A stretch of DNA of 62,838 bases, the filler included, from Chiloscyllium plagiosum (lineage: Eukaryota): assembly GCF_004010195.1 (NCBI RefSeq). It is 5 parts of one record of this genome, joined end to end, with 100 filler letters (N's around TTAATTAATTAA, not from the genome) between each part and the next. Parts side by side here need not be neighbours in the genome. Positions count along the whole stretch, not along the records: positions 1 to 15,529 come from NC_057717.1; 4 more parts are not named here. One strand, written 5' to 3'. The notes under the pieces were generated by a model. The model did not search any database, was not told where the DNA came from, and saw only the letters and a list, made by a program, of their open reading frames with translations. The translations under genes were made by a program, and so were the position numbers. Position 1 is the first letter of the stretch; every line of letters begins with the position of its first letter. Positions 1-13,440 of this stretch are shown piece by piece.

Positions 1-1190
1 ATCCACACACCACCCACAGCGTGACCCTCACCACCGCACACACACCACCCCCAGCCTGATCCTCACCGCCGTCCACACACCATCCCCAGCCTGACCCTCA
101 TTGACATTGAACCCAGCACCTCCAGCCTGACCCTCACTGCAGTCCACCGACTGCAGCCAGCCTGACCCTCACCACCGTCCATACACCACCTCCAGCCTAA
201 CCCTCATCGACGTTGAACACACTATCCTCAACCTGACTCTCACCACTGTCCACCAACTGCACCCAGCCTGAGCCCCATCGCCGTCCACCAACCGCCACCA
301 GCCTGACCCCCATTACCGTCCAACACTGCCACAAGCCTGACCCTCACAGCCGTCCAATACCGTTCCAGCCTGACCCTCACTGCCACACAGACCGCCCCTA
401 GCCTGACCCTCACCACCGACCACACACCACCCCTAGCCTGTCCCTCACCGCTGTCCACACACCACCCCCAGCCTGACCTTCACCACTGCCCAGACACCAC
501 GCCCAGCCTGACCCTCACCACGGCCCACCCACCGCCCACAGCCTGACCCTCACCATCATCCACACACCGTTCCCAGACTGACCCTCAACGCCGTCCACAC
601 ACTGCTCCCAGACTGACGATCACCACTGCCCACACACTGTCCACAGAGTGACCCTCACTGCCGTCAACACAACGCTCCCAGCCTGACCCTCACCGCCGTC
701 CACACACCACCCCCAGCCTGAACCTCATTGACGTTAAACACATTGCTTCCAGCCTGACTCTCACTGTAGTCCACCGACTGCAGCCAGCCTGACTCTCAAC
801 ACCGTCCATACACCACCCCCAGCCTGACCTTCAACGCCGTCCACACACCGCTCCCAGCCTGACCCCCATTGCCGTCCACATACTGACCCCAGCCTGACCC
901 CCACCGCCGTCCACACACTGCTCCCAGACTGACGCTCACCACTGCCCACACACTGTCCACAGAGTGACCCTCACTGCCGTCCACACAACGCTCCCAGCCT
1001 GACCCTCACCGCTGTCCACACACCACCCCCAGCCTGAACCTCATTGACGTTGAACACAGTGCTTCCAGCCTGACTCTCACTGAAGTCCACCGACTGCAGC
1101 CAGCCTGACTCTCAACACCGTCCATACACCACCCCCAGCCTGACCCTCAACGCCGTCCACACACCGCTCCCAGCCTGACCCCCATTGCCC
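1..1190. repeat. C/A-rich degenerate satellite, ~35-bp unit (CAGCCTGACCCTCACCGCCGTCCACACACCGCCCC), block 1
   Basis: CAGCCTGACCCTCAC recurs about every 35 bp; strong strand asymmetry; internal ~316-bp duplication (605 vs 921). Confidence 0.95.
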
Positions 1191-1319
1191 TACCCTCTTT
1201 GACTGACCCCCATTGTCTGCATGGAATATAAGAGCCTGGTCTTTCCCGTAGCCTTCAGCATGCATTATCTTTCTGTCATTAAAACAGGCAAGTTTCTTAG
1301 CTTGGAGAATACCCAACAT

Positions 1320-1365
1320 TCATCCATCCATCCCTCCCTCCATCCCTCCCTCCCTCCCTCCCTCC
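1320..1365. repeat. (CCAT)n/(CCCT)n microsatellite
   Basis: Directly visible. Confidence 0.85.
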
Positions 1366-2149
1366 GTGTCCTTTCATTCTCTCCACCTCTGTCCTTTCCG
1401 GTTGGTTGGGATGGGTCGGGAAGGATTTTGTCCAGGACAGTGTTTTGTGGGTAACTATCAGGCAATGTATCTGTCTGCCTTGTCCCAGTCACTCTCTCTT
1501 CCTCAAGGTATATTCTTACTGGAATGTTGATGTAGTTTTTAAACTCCTCAAGGAGATTTAATTCATGACAATTTTCATAAGTATCTTCTGTCTTAAGTGT
1601 TCATTTCCACTGGTCAAAAGTAAGCTGCCTTTCAAAATTCTGGTGTAGCTGGTCAGGGCCTGCCAAAAGTGCTGAGAAATGGCCAACAGACCTATAAAAA
1701 GATCAATGACCTTCTTCTCTCCACCAGAGTAAGTGCCATGCACCTCCATCAATTGCCTCACACTCACTCCATCTCTGCTACTACATACTCCTCCCACTTA
1801 GGCTCATACTCTACCATTCTCACTATCATATGCAACATATTCCCTCACTCTCTCCTGGTAAACTCCCTCCTCCCAACCCCCAGCTTGCTGACCCTGCATG
1901 GCCTCCACATTGCCACCTCACTCCCTTGGAACTCTTCACAATTTTTCCATCACCTGTGCCAGCACAAATAGCTGTGCCACTAACATTCACTGCACTATAA
2001 TGCCTCCCTTTCATTCCATGAGAAGGTAATCTTTCGATTAAGAAGAAGTAACCTTTTGAATGTTATATTTAGAACCAGATTGCCAGATTGCTGGCTGTGC
2101 ACTGGAAGTGCTCAATTATTGGAAATCCATAAGAAATAGAATGAAATAA

Positions 2150-2232
2150 GTAAACAAAGTTTTTTTTCCCTAGGGTCAGGGAGTCCAGAACTAGAGGGCA
2201 TAGGTTTAGCGTGAGAGGGGAAAAATATAGGG
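2150..2232 (+). mobile_element. CR1/HER1 LINE 3' fragment
   Basis: GGGAGTCCAGAACTAGAGGGCATAGGTTTAGCGTGAGAGGGGAAA matches the RTRGHRFRVR segment of the CR1 at 32579-32630. Confidence 0.8.
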
Positions 2233-2264
2233 GGCAGTAGGAGAACGCCAGCTCGCAGATACCT

Positions 2265-5200
2265 CCTCCAGCCTGCCCCCACCACCGTCCATCACTGCAC
2301 CCCCCACCTGACCATCACTACCATTCAAAATCACCCCTAGCCTCGCCATCACCGCTGTCCACACACCACCCTCAGCCTGACCCTCACCGCCATCCTACAC
2401 CACCCCCAACCTGTCCCTCACCGTCCCAAGTATGAACCACACTGCCGCTCACACACCACCCCCCAGCCTGACCATCACCACCGCCCAAACGCCGCCCCTA
2501 GCCTGACACTCAGCTTCCCGAGCCTGACCCCAACACCACATTGCACACACCGTCTCCAGCCTGACCTTCACTGCCATCCATACGCTGCTCCCAGCCTGAC
2601 CCTCACTGCCTCAAGCCTGTCTCTCACCTCACCCAACGTGACCCTCACCGCCCCCAACCTGACCCTCTCCCACATAGCCTGACCCTCACCGTGTCCAACA
2701 CTGCCCCAGCCTGACTCTCGCCACCGCCCCCAGCCTGACCCTCACTGCCGCCAACACACCATCCCCAGCCTGACACTCACTACTGTCCACACACCGCCCC
2801 CAGCCTGACCCTCTCGTCATCCACATACCGCCCACAGCCTTACTCTCGTCGATACCTGACCCTTACCGAAGCCCACTCACCCGCACCAGACTGACCCCCA
2901 CCACCGCACAACACTGCCCCAAGCCTGACCCTCACCACTGTCATCACTGCCCTCAGTCTAACCCTCACAGCTGCCGCATACCGCCCCCAACTTTGCCCTC
3001 ACCACCATCAACAAACCTCCCCCATCCTTGCCCTCACCACCTTCTGCACACCTCCCTCAGCCTGGCCCTCACTGCTGTCCATGCACCGCCCAAAACTGAA
3101 CCTCACTGCCCTCCAAAACTGCCCCCAGCATGAATCTCACAGGCCCTCCACACACCACCCCCAGACTGACCCCCCACCACCGTCCATCACTGCAACCCCA
3201 GCATGACCATCACCACCATTCAAAACCGCCCCGAGCCTGGCCCTCATCGCTGTCCACAAACTGCCCCAGCCTGACCCTTCTGTCTGCAATCCACACACAC
3301 TGCCCCCAAGCCGACCCACCACTCCGCCCAACACCACCCCCAGCCTGACCCTCACCGCCCCCAGCATGACCCAAACTGACACTCACACACTGCCTCACAG
3401 CCTGACCCTCACTATCGCTCACACACCGCCCCTAGCCTGAACCCAACCACAGTACACACACCGCCCTCAGCCTGACCATCACCACCGTCCACACACAGCC
3501 CCCAGCCTGACCCTCACCGCCGTCCACACACCGCCTCCAGCCTGACCCTCACTGCCATCCACACACCGCCCCAACCTGAACCCCACCGCATTCCACACAC
3601 CGCCCCCCAGCCTGACCCTAACCACCACTCACACAGCGCCCCCCAGCCTGACCCTCACCGCCGCCCACACACCGCCTCCAGCCTGACCCTCACTGCCATC
3701 CACACACCGCCCCAACCTGAACCCCACCGCATTCCACACACCGCCCCCCAGCCTGACCCTAACCACCACTCACACAGCGCCCCCCAGCCTGACCCTCACC
3801 GCCGCCCACACACCGCCTCCAGCCTGACCCTCACTGCCATCCACACACCGCCCCAACCTGAACCCCACCGCATTCCACACACCGCCCCCCAGCCTGACCC
3901 TAACCACCACTCACACAGCGCCCCCCAGCCTGACCCTCACCGCCGCCCACACACCGCCTCCAGCCTGACCCTCACTGCCATCCACACACCGCCCCAACCT
4001 GAACCCCACCGCATTCCACACACCGCCCCCCAGCCTGACCCTAACCACCACTCACACAGCGCCCCCCAGCCTGACCCTCACCGCCGCCCACACACCGTCC
4101 CCCCACCCGACACTCANNNNNNNNNNNNNNNNNNNNNNNNNNNNNNNNNNNNNNNNNNNNNNNNNNNNNNNNNNNNNNNNNNNNNNNNNNNNNNNNNNNN
4201 NNNNNNNNNNNNNNNNNNNNNNNNNNNNNNNNNNNNNNNNNNNNNNNNNNNNNNNNNNNNNNNNNNNNNNNNNNNNNNNNNNNNNNNNNNNNNNNNNNNN
4301 NNNNNNNNNNNNNNNNNNNNNNNNNNNNNNNNNNNNNNNNNNNNNNNNNNNNNNNNNNNNNNNNNNNNNNNNNNNNNNNNNNNNNNNNNNNNNNNNNNNN
4401 NNNNNNNNNNNNNNNNNNNNNNNNNNNNNNNNNNNNNNNNNNNNNNNNNNNNNNNNNNNNNNNNNNNNNNNNNNNNNNNNNNNNNNNNNNNNNNNNNNNN
4501 NNNNNNNNNNNNNNNNNNNNNNNNNNNNNNNNNNNNNNNNNNNNNNNNNNNNNNNNNNNNNNNNNNNNNNNNNNNNNNNNNNNNNNNNNNNNNNNNNNNN
4601 NNNNNNNNNNNNNNNNNNNNNNNNNNNNNNNNNNNNNNNNNNNNNNNNNNNNNNNNNNNNNNNNNNNNNNNNNNNNNNNNNNNNNNNNNNNNNNNNNNNN
4701 NNNNNNNNNNNNNNNNNNNNNNNNNNNNNNNNNNNNNNNNNNNNNNNNNNNNNNNNNNNNNNNNNNNNNNNNNNNNNNNNNNNNNNNNNNNNNNNNNNNN
4801 NNNNNNNNNNNNNNNNNNNNNNNNNNNNNNNNNNNNNNNNNNNNNNNNNNNNNNNNNNNNNNNNNNNNNNNNNNNNNNNNNNNNNNNNNNNNNNNNNNNN
4901 NNNNNNNNNNNNNNNNNNNNNNNNNNNNNNNNNNNNNNNNNNNNNNNNNNNNNNNNNNNNNNNNNNNNNNNNNNNNNNNNNNNNNNNNNNNNNNNNNNNN
5001 CCTGACCCTCACCACCTCCCACACACCGACCCCAAATTGACCGTCATCACCACCCACACAGCTCCCCGAGCCTGGCCACCACTGCCATCCACTCTCTGCA
5101 TCCAACCTGATCCCCACCAATGTCCACACACCACACCTAGCCTGACCCTCACTGCCGTCCACACACCAACACCAGTCTGACCCTCTCTGCTTTCTACGCA

Positions 5201-8200
5201 CCATCGCCAGCCTCACCCTCACCACCGTCCACAAACCGTCCCAGCCTGAACCCCACCTCTGTCCACACATCGCCCCCAGCCTGACCCTCACCGCCGTCCA
5301 ACACCGTCACCGGCCTCACCCTCACCACTGTCCACAGACCGCCCCCAGCCTGACCCTCACAGCTGTCCACACATCACCCCCAGTCTGACCCTCACCTTCG
5401 TCCAAACACTATCATCAGCCTGTCGCTCACCGCCGTCCACACACCGCCCCCAGCCTGAACATCACCGCCGTCCAACACCGCTCATAGTCTGACCCTCACT
5501 GCTGTCCAAAGAATGCCCCCAGCCTTGCCCACACTGCCATCCACCCACCGCACCCCGTCTGACCCTTACTGCCATGCAAACACCACCCCCAGCCTGACCC
5601 TAACCACCATACACACATCGCCCCAAGCCTGACCCTCTCCACCGCCCATACATCACCCAAGCCTGATACTCACCACCACCCACACACCGCTCCCAGCCTG
5701 ACCCTCATCACCGTCCACACACCGCCCCTAACCTGACCCCAACCACAGTCCACACACCGCCCTCAGCCTGACCCTCACCGCCATCCACACACCAGTCTAG
5801 CCTGATACTCACCACCATTTACACCGCCCCCAGCCTGACCCACACCACCCTCCAACAGCCGCCCCAGACTGACCGTCACCACTGTCCAACACCACCTCCA
5901 GTCTGACCCTCACTGCCGCTCCCACACCGCCTCCAGCATGAACCTCACTGTCATCCAACACCGCCCCAAACCTAACCCTCACTGACGCACACACACTGCC
6001 ACAGCCTGACCCTCACCGCAATCCACACACCACCCACACCCTGACACTAATCGCTGTCCAATAACGCCCCCAGAATGAACCTCAATGCCCCTCCACACAC
6101 CACCCACAGCCTGACCCTCACCACGCGATCAACACCGTCCCCAGCCTGACCCTCACTGCCATACAACTCCAGCCCCAGCATGAACCACACCGCCGTCCAC
6201 ACAGTGTCCCCACCTTGACCCTCATCACCTTCCAACAATGCCCCCAGTCTGACCCTCACCACCGTTCATCACTGTTCCCAGCCTGACCCTCACAGCCATC
6301 CACACACCACCCCACCCTGACTCTCACCGCCGTCCAACACCACCCACAGCCTGACTCTCACCATCGCCCACTCACCGCCCCCAGCCTGACCCGCACCACT
6401 TCCGAAAACCGCTCCCACCCTGACCCTCACCACTGTCCAACACCGCCCACGGTCTGACCTCCACCGCTGTCCACACACTGCCCCCAGCCTTGCCCTCATC
6501 GGCATACATGCACCGCCCACAACCTTGCCCTCACTGCTGTCCACACACTGCCCCCAACCTGACCCACACCGCCGTCCAACAGTGCCCCCTAGCATGACAC
6601 TCTCTGCCGTCTGAATCCGCCTCCAGCCTGACCCTCACCGCCGCAAAACACCGCCCGCAGCCTGTCACTCACTGCCGCCCACACGCCGTTAACAGTCTGA
6701 CCCTCACTGACGCCCACACACCGCCCCGAGCCTGACCCTCACTGCCGCCCACACATTGCCTCAACCTGACCCTTACTGCTGTCCACTCACCTCCCCCAGA
6801 CTGACACCACCACTGCAAAACACCGCGCAGAGACTGACCCTCTCCACCGTTTAACACCATCCCCTGCCTGACCCTCACAACTGTTCATCACTATCCCCAG
6901 CCTGACCCTCACCACTGCCCACACACCGTCCCCAGCCTGACCGTCACCACCGCTCATACACCACACCCAGCCTGATCCTCACTGCCAGCTCATACACCAC
7001 ACCCAGCCTGATCCTCACTGCCACCAAACACCGCCACCAGCCTGTCACTAACTGCCGTCCACACATCGCCCCCAGCATGTACCTCACCGACGCCCACACA
7101 CTGTCCCCAGCCTGATCGTCACCACCGCCCACACACCGCACCCAGCCTTACACTCACCGCAGTCCACACACCACGCCAGCTTGACCCCCACGGACCCAAA
7201 CCTGATCTTCACTACTGTTCAACACCATCCCCCAGCCTGACCCTCCTACCACCCACACACCGACACTAAGCCTAACACTCACCGCCGTCCACACAATACC
7301 CCAGCCTGACCCAAACTCCGTCCAACACTGCCCCGGCCTGACCCAAACTGCAGTCCAACACTGCCTCTCGCCTAACGCTTACCGCCATACAACATTGCCC
7401 CCAGCATGAATCTCGCCGCTGTCCAACTCCGCCCCAAGCCTGACCCTCATTGCAGTCCAACAACGCCCCCAGCCTGACCACCGCCCCCAAAAACACCTCC
7501 CCAGCCTGACCCTCACTGCCGTCCACACACCGCCCCCAGCATGAAACTGATCCCTGTCCACACTCCGCCCCACACCGCTCCCAGCCTGACACTCACCGCC
7601 ATCCGCACACCAACCCCAGCCTGACTCTCACCACCGTCCACACACCACCCCCAGCCTGACCTACACCACCGCACAACACCGCCCACATCCTGACACTCAC
7701 TGCCATCCACAAACTGACCCCAGAAAGAACCTTACCACCATCCACACACCACCTCCAGCTTGACCCTCACTGTCATCCACGCACTCCCCCAGCCTGCCTC
7801 TCACCACTGTCCACACACTGCCTCCAGCCTGACTCTCACCGCCGTCCACACACCGCTCCCAGCCTGACACTCACCGCCATCCGCACACCAACCCCAGCCT
7901 GACTCTCACCACCGTCCACACACCACCCCCAGCCTGACCTACACCACCGCACAACACCGCCCACATCCTGACACTCACCACCATCCACACTCTGACCCCA
8001 GAAAGAACCTCACCGCCATCCACACACCACCTCCAGCTTGACCCTCACTGCCATCCACACACTGTCCGCAGCCTGACTCTCACTGCCATCCACACACCAC
8101 CTCCAGCTTGACCCTCACTGCCATCCACACACTGTCCCCACCCTGACTCTCAACGCCGTCCACACACCACCCCCAGCCTGACTCTCAGCACTGTGCACAC

Positions 8201-8327
8201 ACTGCCTCCAGCCTGACTCTCACCGTCATCCACTCTCCATCCCCAGCCTGACCCTCACTGCCATCCACACACTGCCCCAACCTGAACCCCACCGCCATCC
8301 ACACACCACTCCCAGCCTGACTCTCAC
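2265..8327. repeat. C/A-rich ~35-bp satellite, block 2 (contains N gap 4117-5000)
   Basis: Same unit as block 1; 141-bp higher-order repeat at ~3530-4098; ~278-bp duplication (7583 vs 7861). Confidence 0.95.
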
Positions 8328-9016
8328 NNNNNNNNNNNNNNNNNNNNNNNNNNNNNNNNNNNNNNNNNNNNNNNNNNNNNNNNNNNNNNNNNNNNNNNNN
8401 NNNNNNNNNNNNNNNNNNNNNNNNNNNNNNNNNNNNNNNNNNNNNNNNNNNNNNNNNNNNNNNNNNNNNNNNNNNNNNNNNNNNNNNNNNNNNNNNNNNN
8501 NNNNNNNNNNNNNNNNNNNNNNNNNNNNNNNNNNNNNNNNNNNNNNNNNNNNNNNNNNNNNNNNNNNNNNNNNNNNNNNNNNNNNNNNNNNNNNNNNNNN
8601 NNNNNNNNNNNNNNNNNNNNNNNNNNNNNNNNNNNNNNNNNNNNNNNNNNNNNNNNNNNNNNNNNNNNNNNNNNNNNNNNNNNNNNNNNNNNNNNNNNNN
8701 NNNNNNNNNNNNNNNNNNNNNNNNNNNNNNNNNNNNNNNNNNNNNNNNNNNNNNNNNNNNNNNNNNNNNNNNNNNNNNNNNNNNNNNNNNNNNNNNNNNN
8801 NNNNNNNNNNNNNNNNNNNNNNNNNNNGTATCCAAGCCCAGTCCCTACAGCTCTCACTTTCTATACCCTCCTTCAGTCTGAAGAACTATCCAGTGTCTAC
8901 ACAACTCTGTATTACTGACTTCATCCAATCGCAAAAACCATCACCACAAACCTCACTATCGCAGTAAATTCTTCCAGTTCCTCCCTATCTCTGCATACCA
9001 TCCTTTCCTTACTACT

Positions 9017-9145
9017 CATTCCTGATGAAGGGTTCTGGCCCAAAACGTTTATGTTCCTGATCCTCGGATGCTGAAAAAGCACAGTGGGTCAGGCAGCAAC
9101 AAACTCTTGATTCTGATCTCCAGCATCTGCAGAGCTGACCTTCTC
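9017..9145 (+). mobile_element. Penelope-type terminal repeat fragment with degenerate hammerhead core
   Basis: ATTCCTGATGAAGGGTTCTGGCCCAAAACG followed by CCTCGGATGCTG and CTGATCTCCAGCATCTGCAG, shared with 22061-22275 and 60783-60991. Confidence 0.7.
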
Positions 9146-9653
9146 CTGGTGGGGCAGAATGGCCTACAACTGCCCCTCTTTCCTATGTGTCTGTGTAGCA
9201 CTCCCTGGTTCTGTATCTCTGTCAGTCCCCACTATCCCCACTATCTGTGTAAACTACACAATCACCAATCACTGGAATTTTCTCAGACCATGGAAGAATC
9301 CCCATCTATCCAATCTCTTCCAGCCTCTCCAACCCTCCCAAACCGATTCCTCCTGCAGCCCAATAACCCCGCCTATCTTTGTAACTTCCTTTATCCGCTG
9401 GAACACTCCCTATCTCTGGAATATCATATCCTATAGCATCCCTCCGTTTGTGTGCTCCTCCAATCACTATGGCAGCGCCTGCTTCTGTGACAATATCCCA
9501 CACACCTGAATCCACTTCCAACACTGAAACCTTCACTGTCTCTGTTATCTTCTCATGCATCCATAGACCTTGCTGTCGGTATGAACTTCTGACGTTCATC
9601 AGTCCATCATGTCTCTGCAATCTACACCAGCCTCCAGAGCCCTCCTTAAATCT

Positions 9654-10125
9654 GTCACCTGCTCCAGCAGCTATATCACTCCCCATCTATCAGGCCTACT
9701 CTGTAACTGCTCCAGCAGCTATATCACTCCCCATCTGTCAGGCCAACTGTGTAACTGCTCCAGCAGTTATATCACTCCCCATCGGTCAAGCCAACTCGGT
9801 GACTGCTCCAGCAGTTATATCACTCCCCAACTGTCAACCCTACTCTGTATCTTCTCCAGTAGCTATGTCAGTCCCCATCTGTCAAGTCTATTATGTAATT
9901 GCTCTGGCCGCTATATCACTAGCCATCTGTCAGGCTCACTCTGTAACTGCTCCAGCAGCTCTATCACTCCCTATCTGCCAAGGCTACTCTATAACTGCTT
10001 CAATAGCGATATCACACCCCGTCTCCCCAACTTTGTAACTGCACCAGTGATATTACTTCCCATCTAGCAAGCTTACTCTATAACTACTCCAGCAGCTATA
10101 TCACTCCCTATCTGTCAGGCGTACT
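9654..10125. repeat. 48-bp minisatellite, ~10 units (TGTAACTGCTCCAGCAGCTATATCACTCCCCATCTGTCAGGCCTACTC)
   Basis: GCTCCAGCAG at 9661, 9709, 9757; ORF 9448-10038 shows the matching 16-aa repeat. Confidence 0.9.
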
Positions 10126-10336
10126 CCAGTCTTCACAGACTGTGGAGGCCATTGTCTCAATAACCTGCTCAAGGCCCTGAAAGTCTCTCTGTACTCAGAG
10201 TACTTCTCCAGCCACAGCAACAATCCATATCTCTGTTTGCTCCTCCTCTTCCTCCAACACCTCAAACACTCTCTCTTTGTCTGACTTGGCAACTCTCCCT
10301 TTGGGTTCCGTATTTCTGTCCCAAAAATCTCCCTGT

Positions 10337-10378
10337 ATCTCTCTCTCTCTCTCTCTCTTATATATATATATATATATA
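10337..10378. repeat. (TC)n(TA)n microsatellite
   Basis: Directly visible. Confidence 0.95.
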
Positions 10379-11010
10379 CCCACCCTGTCAAAGTACGTTC
10401 CTCCAGTATCTCCATCCATCTACTCATCTCCATCATCTTCTTCAGTTCTTACCCCTCCCGTCTGTGTAAACATCACCCTCCCCTACAACCCTCCCTACTG
10501 CAGGAACCTCCTCCAGTTTAAGCAATGCTCTCTATCTGTGTAAGTGTCACTAGGCCTTATTGCTGTTCCTGTGTCTGTAAGCTCTGCCACACTCTCCAGC
10601 CTTCTCATTGATGTAACCTCCAGAACCTCAGCATCTGATATCATCCACTGCAGCCTTCCGTATCTCTGTTGAAGGATTAAACAATGAGTGGAGGTAGAGG
10701 TCAGAGAGAAAGGGCAGTTGGCCAGACAATAAAAATGAACGGATAATGGTGAGCTGGGCAAAAAGAAAAGCTGATAATAGGGAGTATTGGTGGGGAGAAG
10801 TGGCACTGTCATCACAGCCGAACCGTTTAGACTTCTGACTAAAGTTCAGCTAAAGCCTTTCCCTCTGCACTGAAGTTCAACCTCTGAGCCAGAAGCTAGG
10901 TGCCTTTCATTCTGTGCGAAATCAAAGACGATTACTTGACTGTCCAGGATCGCTCCATTTGAGGGACCGAGTGCTCCCCGCTCGTTTTTTTTTATTAAAA
11001 AGAAAGTAAA

Positions 11011-11328
11011 CGGCATGGTGGCACAGTGGTTAGCACTGCTGCCTCACAGCGCCAGAGACCTGGGTTCAATGCCCGCCTCAGGCGACTCTCTGTGTTGAGT
11101 TTGCACATTCTCCCCGTGTCTGTGTGGGTTTCCTCCGGGTGATCCGGTTTCCCTCCCACAGTCCAAAATGTGCAGGTCAGGTGAATTGGCCATGCTAAAT
11201 TGTCCGTAGTGTTCGGTAAGGGGTAAATGTAGGCAGAATGGGTCTGGGTGGGTTGCTCTTCGCAGGGTCGCTGTTGACTTGTTGGGCCGAGGGTCTGTTT
11301 CCACATTGTAAGTAATCTAAAAAAAAAA
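11011..11328 (+). mobile_element. HE1 (V-SINE family) tRNA-derived SINE, full length
   Basis: Pol III A box TGGCACAGTGG, B box GGTTCAATGCC, V-domain TTCTCCCCGTGTCTGTGTGGGTTTCCTCCGGGTG, LINE-type 3' tail and A-run. Confidence 0.92.
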
Positions 11329-11354
11329 TCTCATCCTCAGGCTTGAGGAGTACA

Positions 11355-11795
11355 ATTACCTGGGAGTCACAAAGGGAGAGAACCTGAGAGCGAGCAACAC
11401 AGAGTGAGAGAATATAAATCAGCAGTGAGGAATGAGGCCGACTGGGACTTGGAGTTGGAGAAACAGCAGAGCAGGAGGCTGAAAATCAGCACGGAGTCAC
11501 AGAGGGAGTGACCGTGTGATGGAGAAATTTTGAGCAGGAGATTGACACTCACTCACACCTGGGAGTTAGAGGCACCAAAGTGTGAGGAAATAAATCAGCA
11601 CTGAGGATCGAGGCCTAGTCATACTGGGAGTCACAGAGAAAGTGACACTCTGAGGGAGCAGAGTGGAGTGGGAGCTGGTGGATTACACGTCCCTGGGAGT
11701 CACAGAGACAGTGACGCTGTGAGGGAGCAGAGTGGAGTGTGAGCTGGTGGATTACTCGTACCTGGGAGCCACAGAGATGGTGACCCTGTGAGGTC
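11355..11795. repeat. Degenerate ~68-70-bp tandem repeat (CCTGGGAGTCACAGAGA...), possibly the 5' UTR of the following CR1 remnant
   Basis: CTGGGAG(T/C)CACAGAGA at ~11624, 11693, 11762 plus weaker copies upstream. Confidence 0.6.
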
Positions 11796-12229
11796 TTCAC
11801 AGAAGAAAATGAAAGTTGATTTGCTGATAATAAACCGTTACTTGCTGTAACTTGCTGCAAAATGACATTTTCTTACATGGAATTAGGGCTGAAAGCTGAA
11901 ATATCAGTAATAATTGAAAGTCTGAATCAGTATAATAAAGAATCTCAGTCAGCTACAGACCGATAAGGGAATGCATGTGAAACGGATGCCTCTGATGTTA
12001 ACATTATCCAACGTAATTCATTGAGTAAGACTAAACACGTTTCAGCTTATGTTGTGGTAGTGCTGGTTGGCCAAATGGGAAACGTTTTCTGTTACATTGG
12101 GAAGTCATAGCCCCTGCTGGTGTTCGAGATGAACACCAGGTCCTGCAGCTCAGTTAATGACTGGAGATTATGCGAGACATCCATGACACTGAGAGTTAGG
12201 TGGATAACACATACAGGGAGGGGATCACA

Positions 12230-13017
12230 CTGCTGTCATAACGGCCTGTAAGAAGAAAGGGAATGGATGATCAGTCAAGAGATACAGTCAGGGAATACAG
12301 GATTACCCTGGGGGGAGGGGAGGTGAGGCTCCCTCCCCATTCAGTTTCCCAGTTTGGAAGCAAATGAAGATGTGGGCTGCTCAGGGGAATGCAGTCAGAG
12401 CCATATCTGTGGCACCACAAGCAGCCTGACTGTGTTCAGGAGGTCAGGGAGAAGAAAGGAGGGGCAATAGTCACAGAGCAGTCAGGAAATTGAAGAAGGT
12501 GTCACCGTTTCTGTGACTGTCAATGTAATTCCAGGATATGGGGTCAAGAATGTCACTGTGTCCATCAAGTCTGCTCCACCATTCAATTTTTACTGATCAG
12601 TTTTTCAAGCCCATCTTCCTTCTCTGCTGTCATAACGGCCTGTAAGAAGAAAGGGAATGGGTGATCAGTCAAGAGATACAGTCAGGGAATACAGGATTAC
12701 CCTGGGGGGAGGGTAGGTGAGGCTCCCTCCCCATTCAGTTTCCCAGTTTGGAAGCAAATGAAGATGTGGCCTGCTCAGGGGAATGCAGTCAGAGCCATAT
12801 CTGTGGCACCACAAGCAGGCTGACTGTGTTCAGGAGGTCAGGGAGAAGAAAGGAGGGGCAATAGTCACAGAGCAGTCAGGAAATTGAAGAAGGTGTCACC
12901 GTTTCTGTGACTGTCAATGTAATTCCAGGATATGGGGTCAAGAATGTCACTGTGTCCATCAAGTCTGCTCCACCATTCAATTTTTACTGATCAGTTTTTC
13001 AAGCCCATCTTCCTTCT
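12230..13017. repeat. Near-perfect 394-bp tandem duplication spanning a CR1 ORF1 remnant and the end of an oppositely oriented CR1
   Basis: 12230-12623 is repeated at 12624-13017 with few substitutions. Confidence 0.93.
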
Positions 13018-13440
13018 TCCCCCCTTTGATCCCATAGCAATCAAGAACTTTTCTACCTTTGTTTTAAATCTACTAAATTACCTTGCATCCACAGCCTTCT
13101 GTGGAAATGAGTTTCACAGATTTCCCACTCTCTCGGTGAAGACGTTTCCCTTTATCTCCGATCTAAAAGGTTTTCCCTTTACTCGAAGGCTGTGCCCTTG
13201 GTTGCTCGTCTCTCCTGTCAATGGAAACATCTTCCCAATGTCCAATCTGTCCAAGCCATTCAGTATTCTATAAGTTTCAATCAGAAATCCCCTTGTCCTT
13301 CTAAACTCCATCATGTATGGTCCCAGAGTCCTCAAACATTCCCCATCTGTTCAGCCCTTCATTCCTTGGATTTTCCTTGTGAACTTCCCCTGGACCTGCT
13401 CCAGGTCCAATGCATCCTTCCTGATGTATGGCGCCCAAAG
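12950..13440 (-). mobile_element. CR1 LINE 3' fragment
   Basis: ORF 13114-13335: RRTRGFLIETYRILNGLDRLD...GHSLRVKG...FTERV, the CR1 ORF2 C-terminus. Confidence 0.85.

Noticed and set aside
240..8857. Many minus-strand G/V/R/W-rich ORFs
   Set aside because: Translations of the stop-poor 35-bp satellite.
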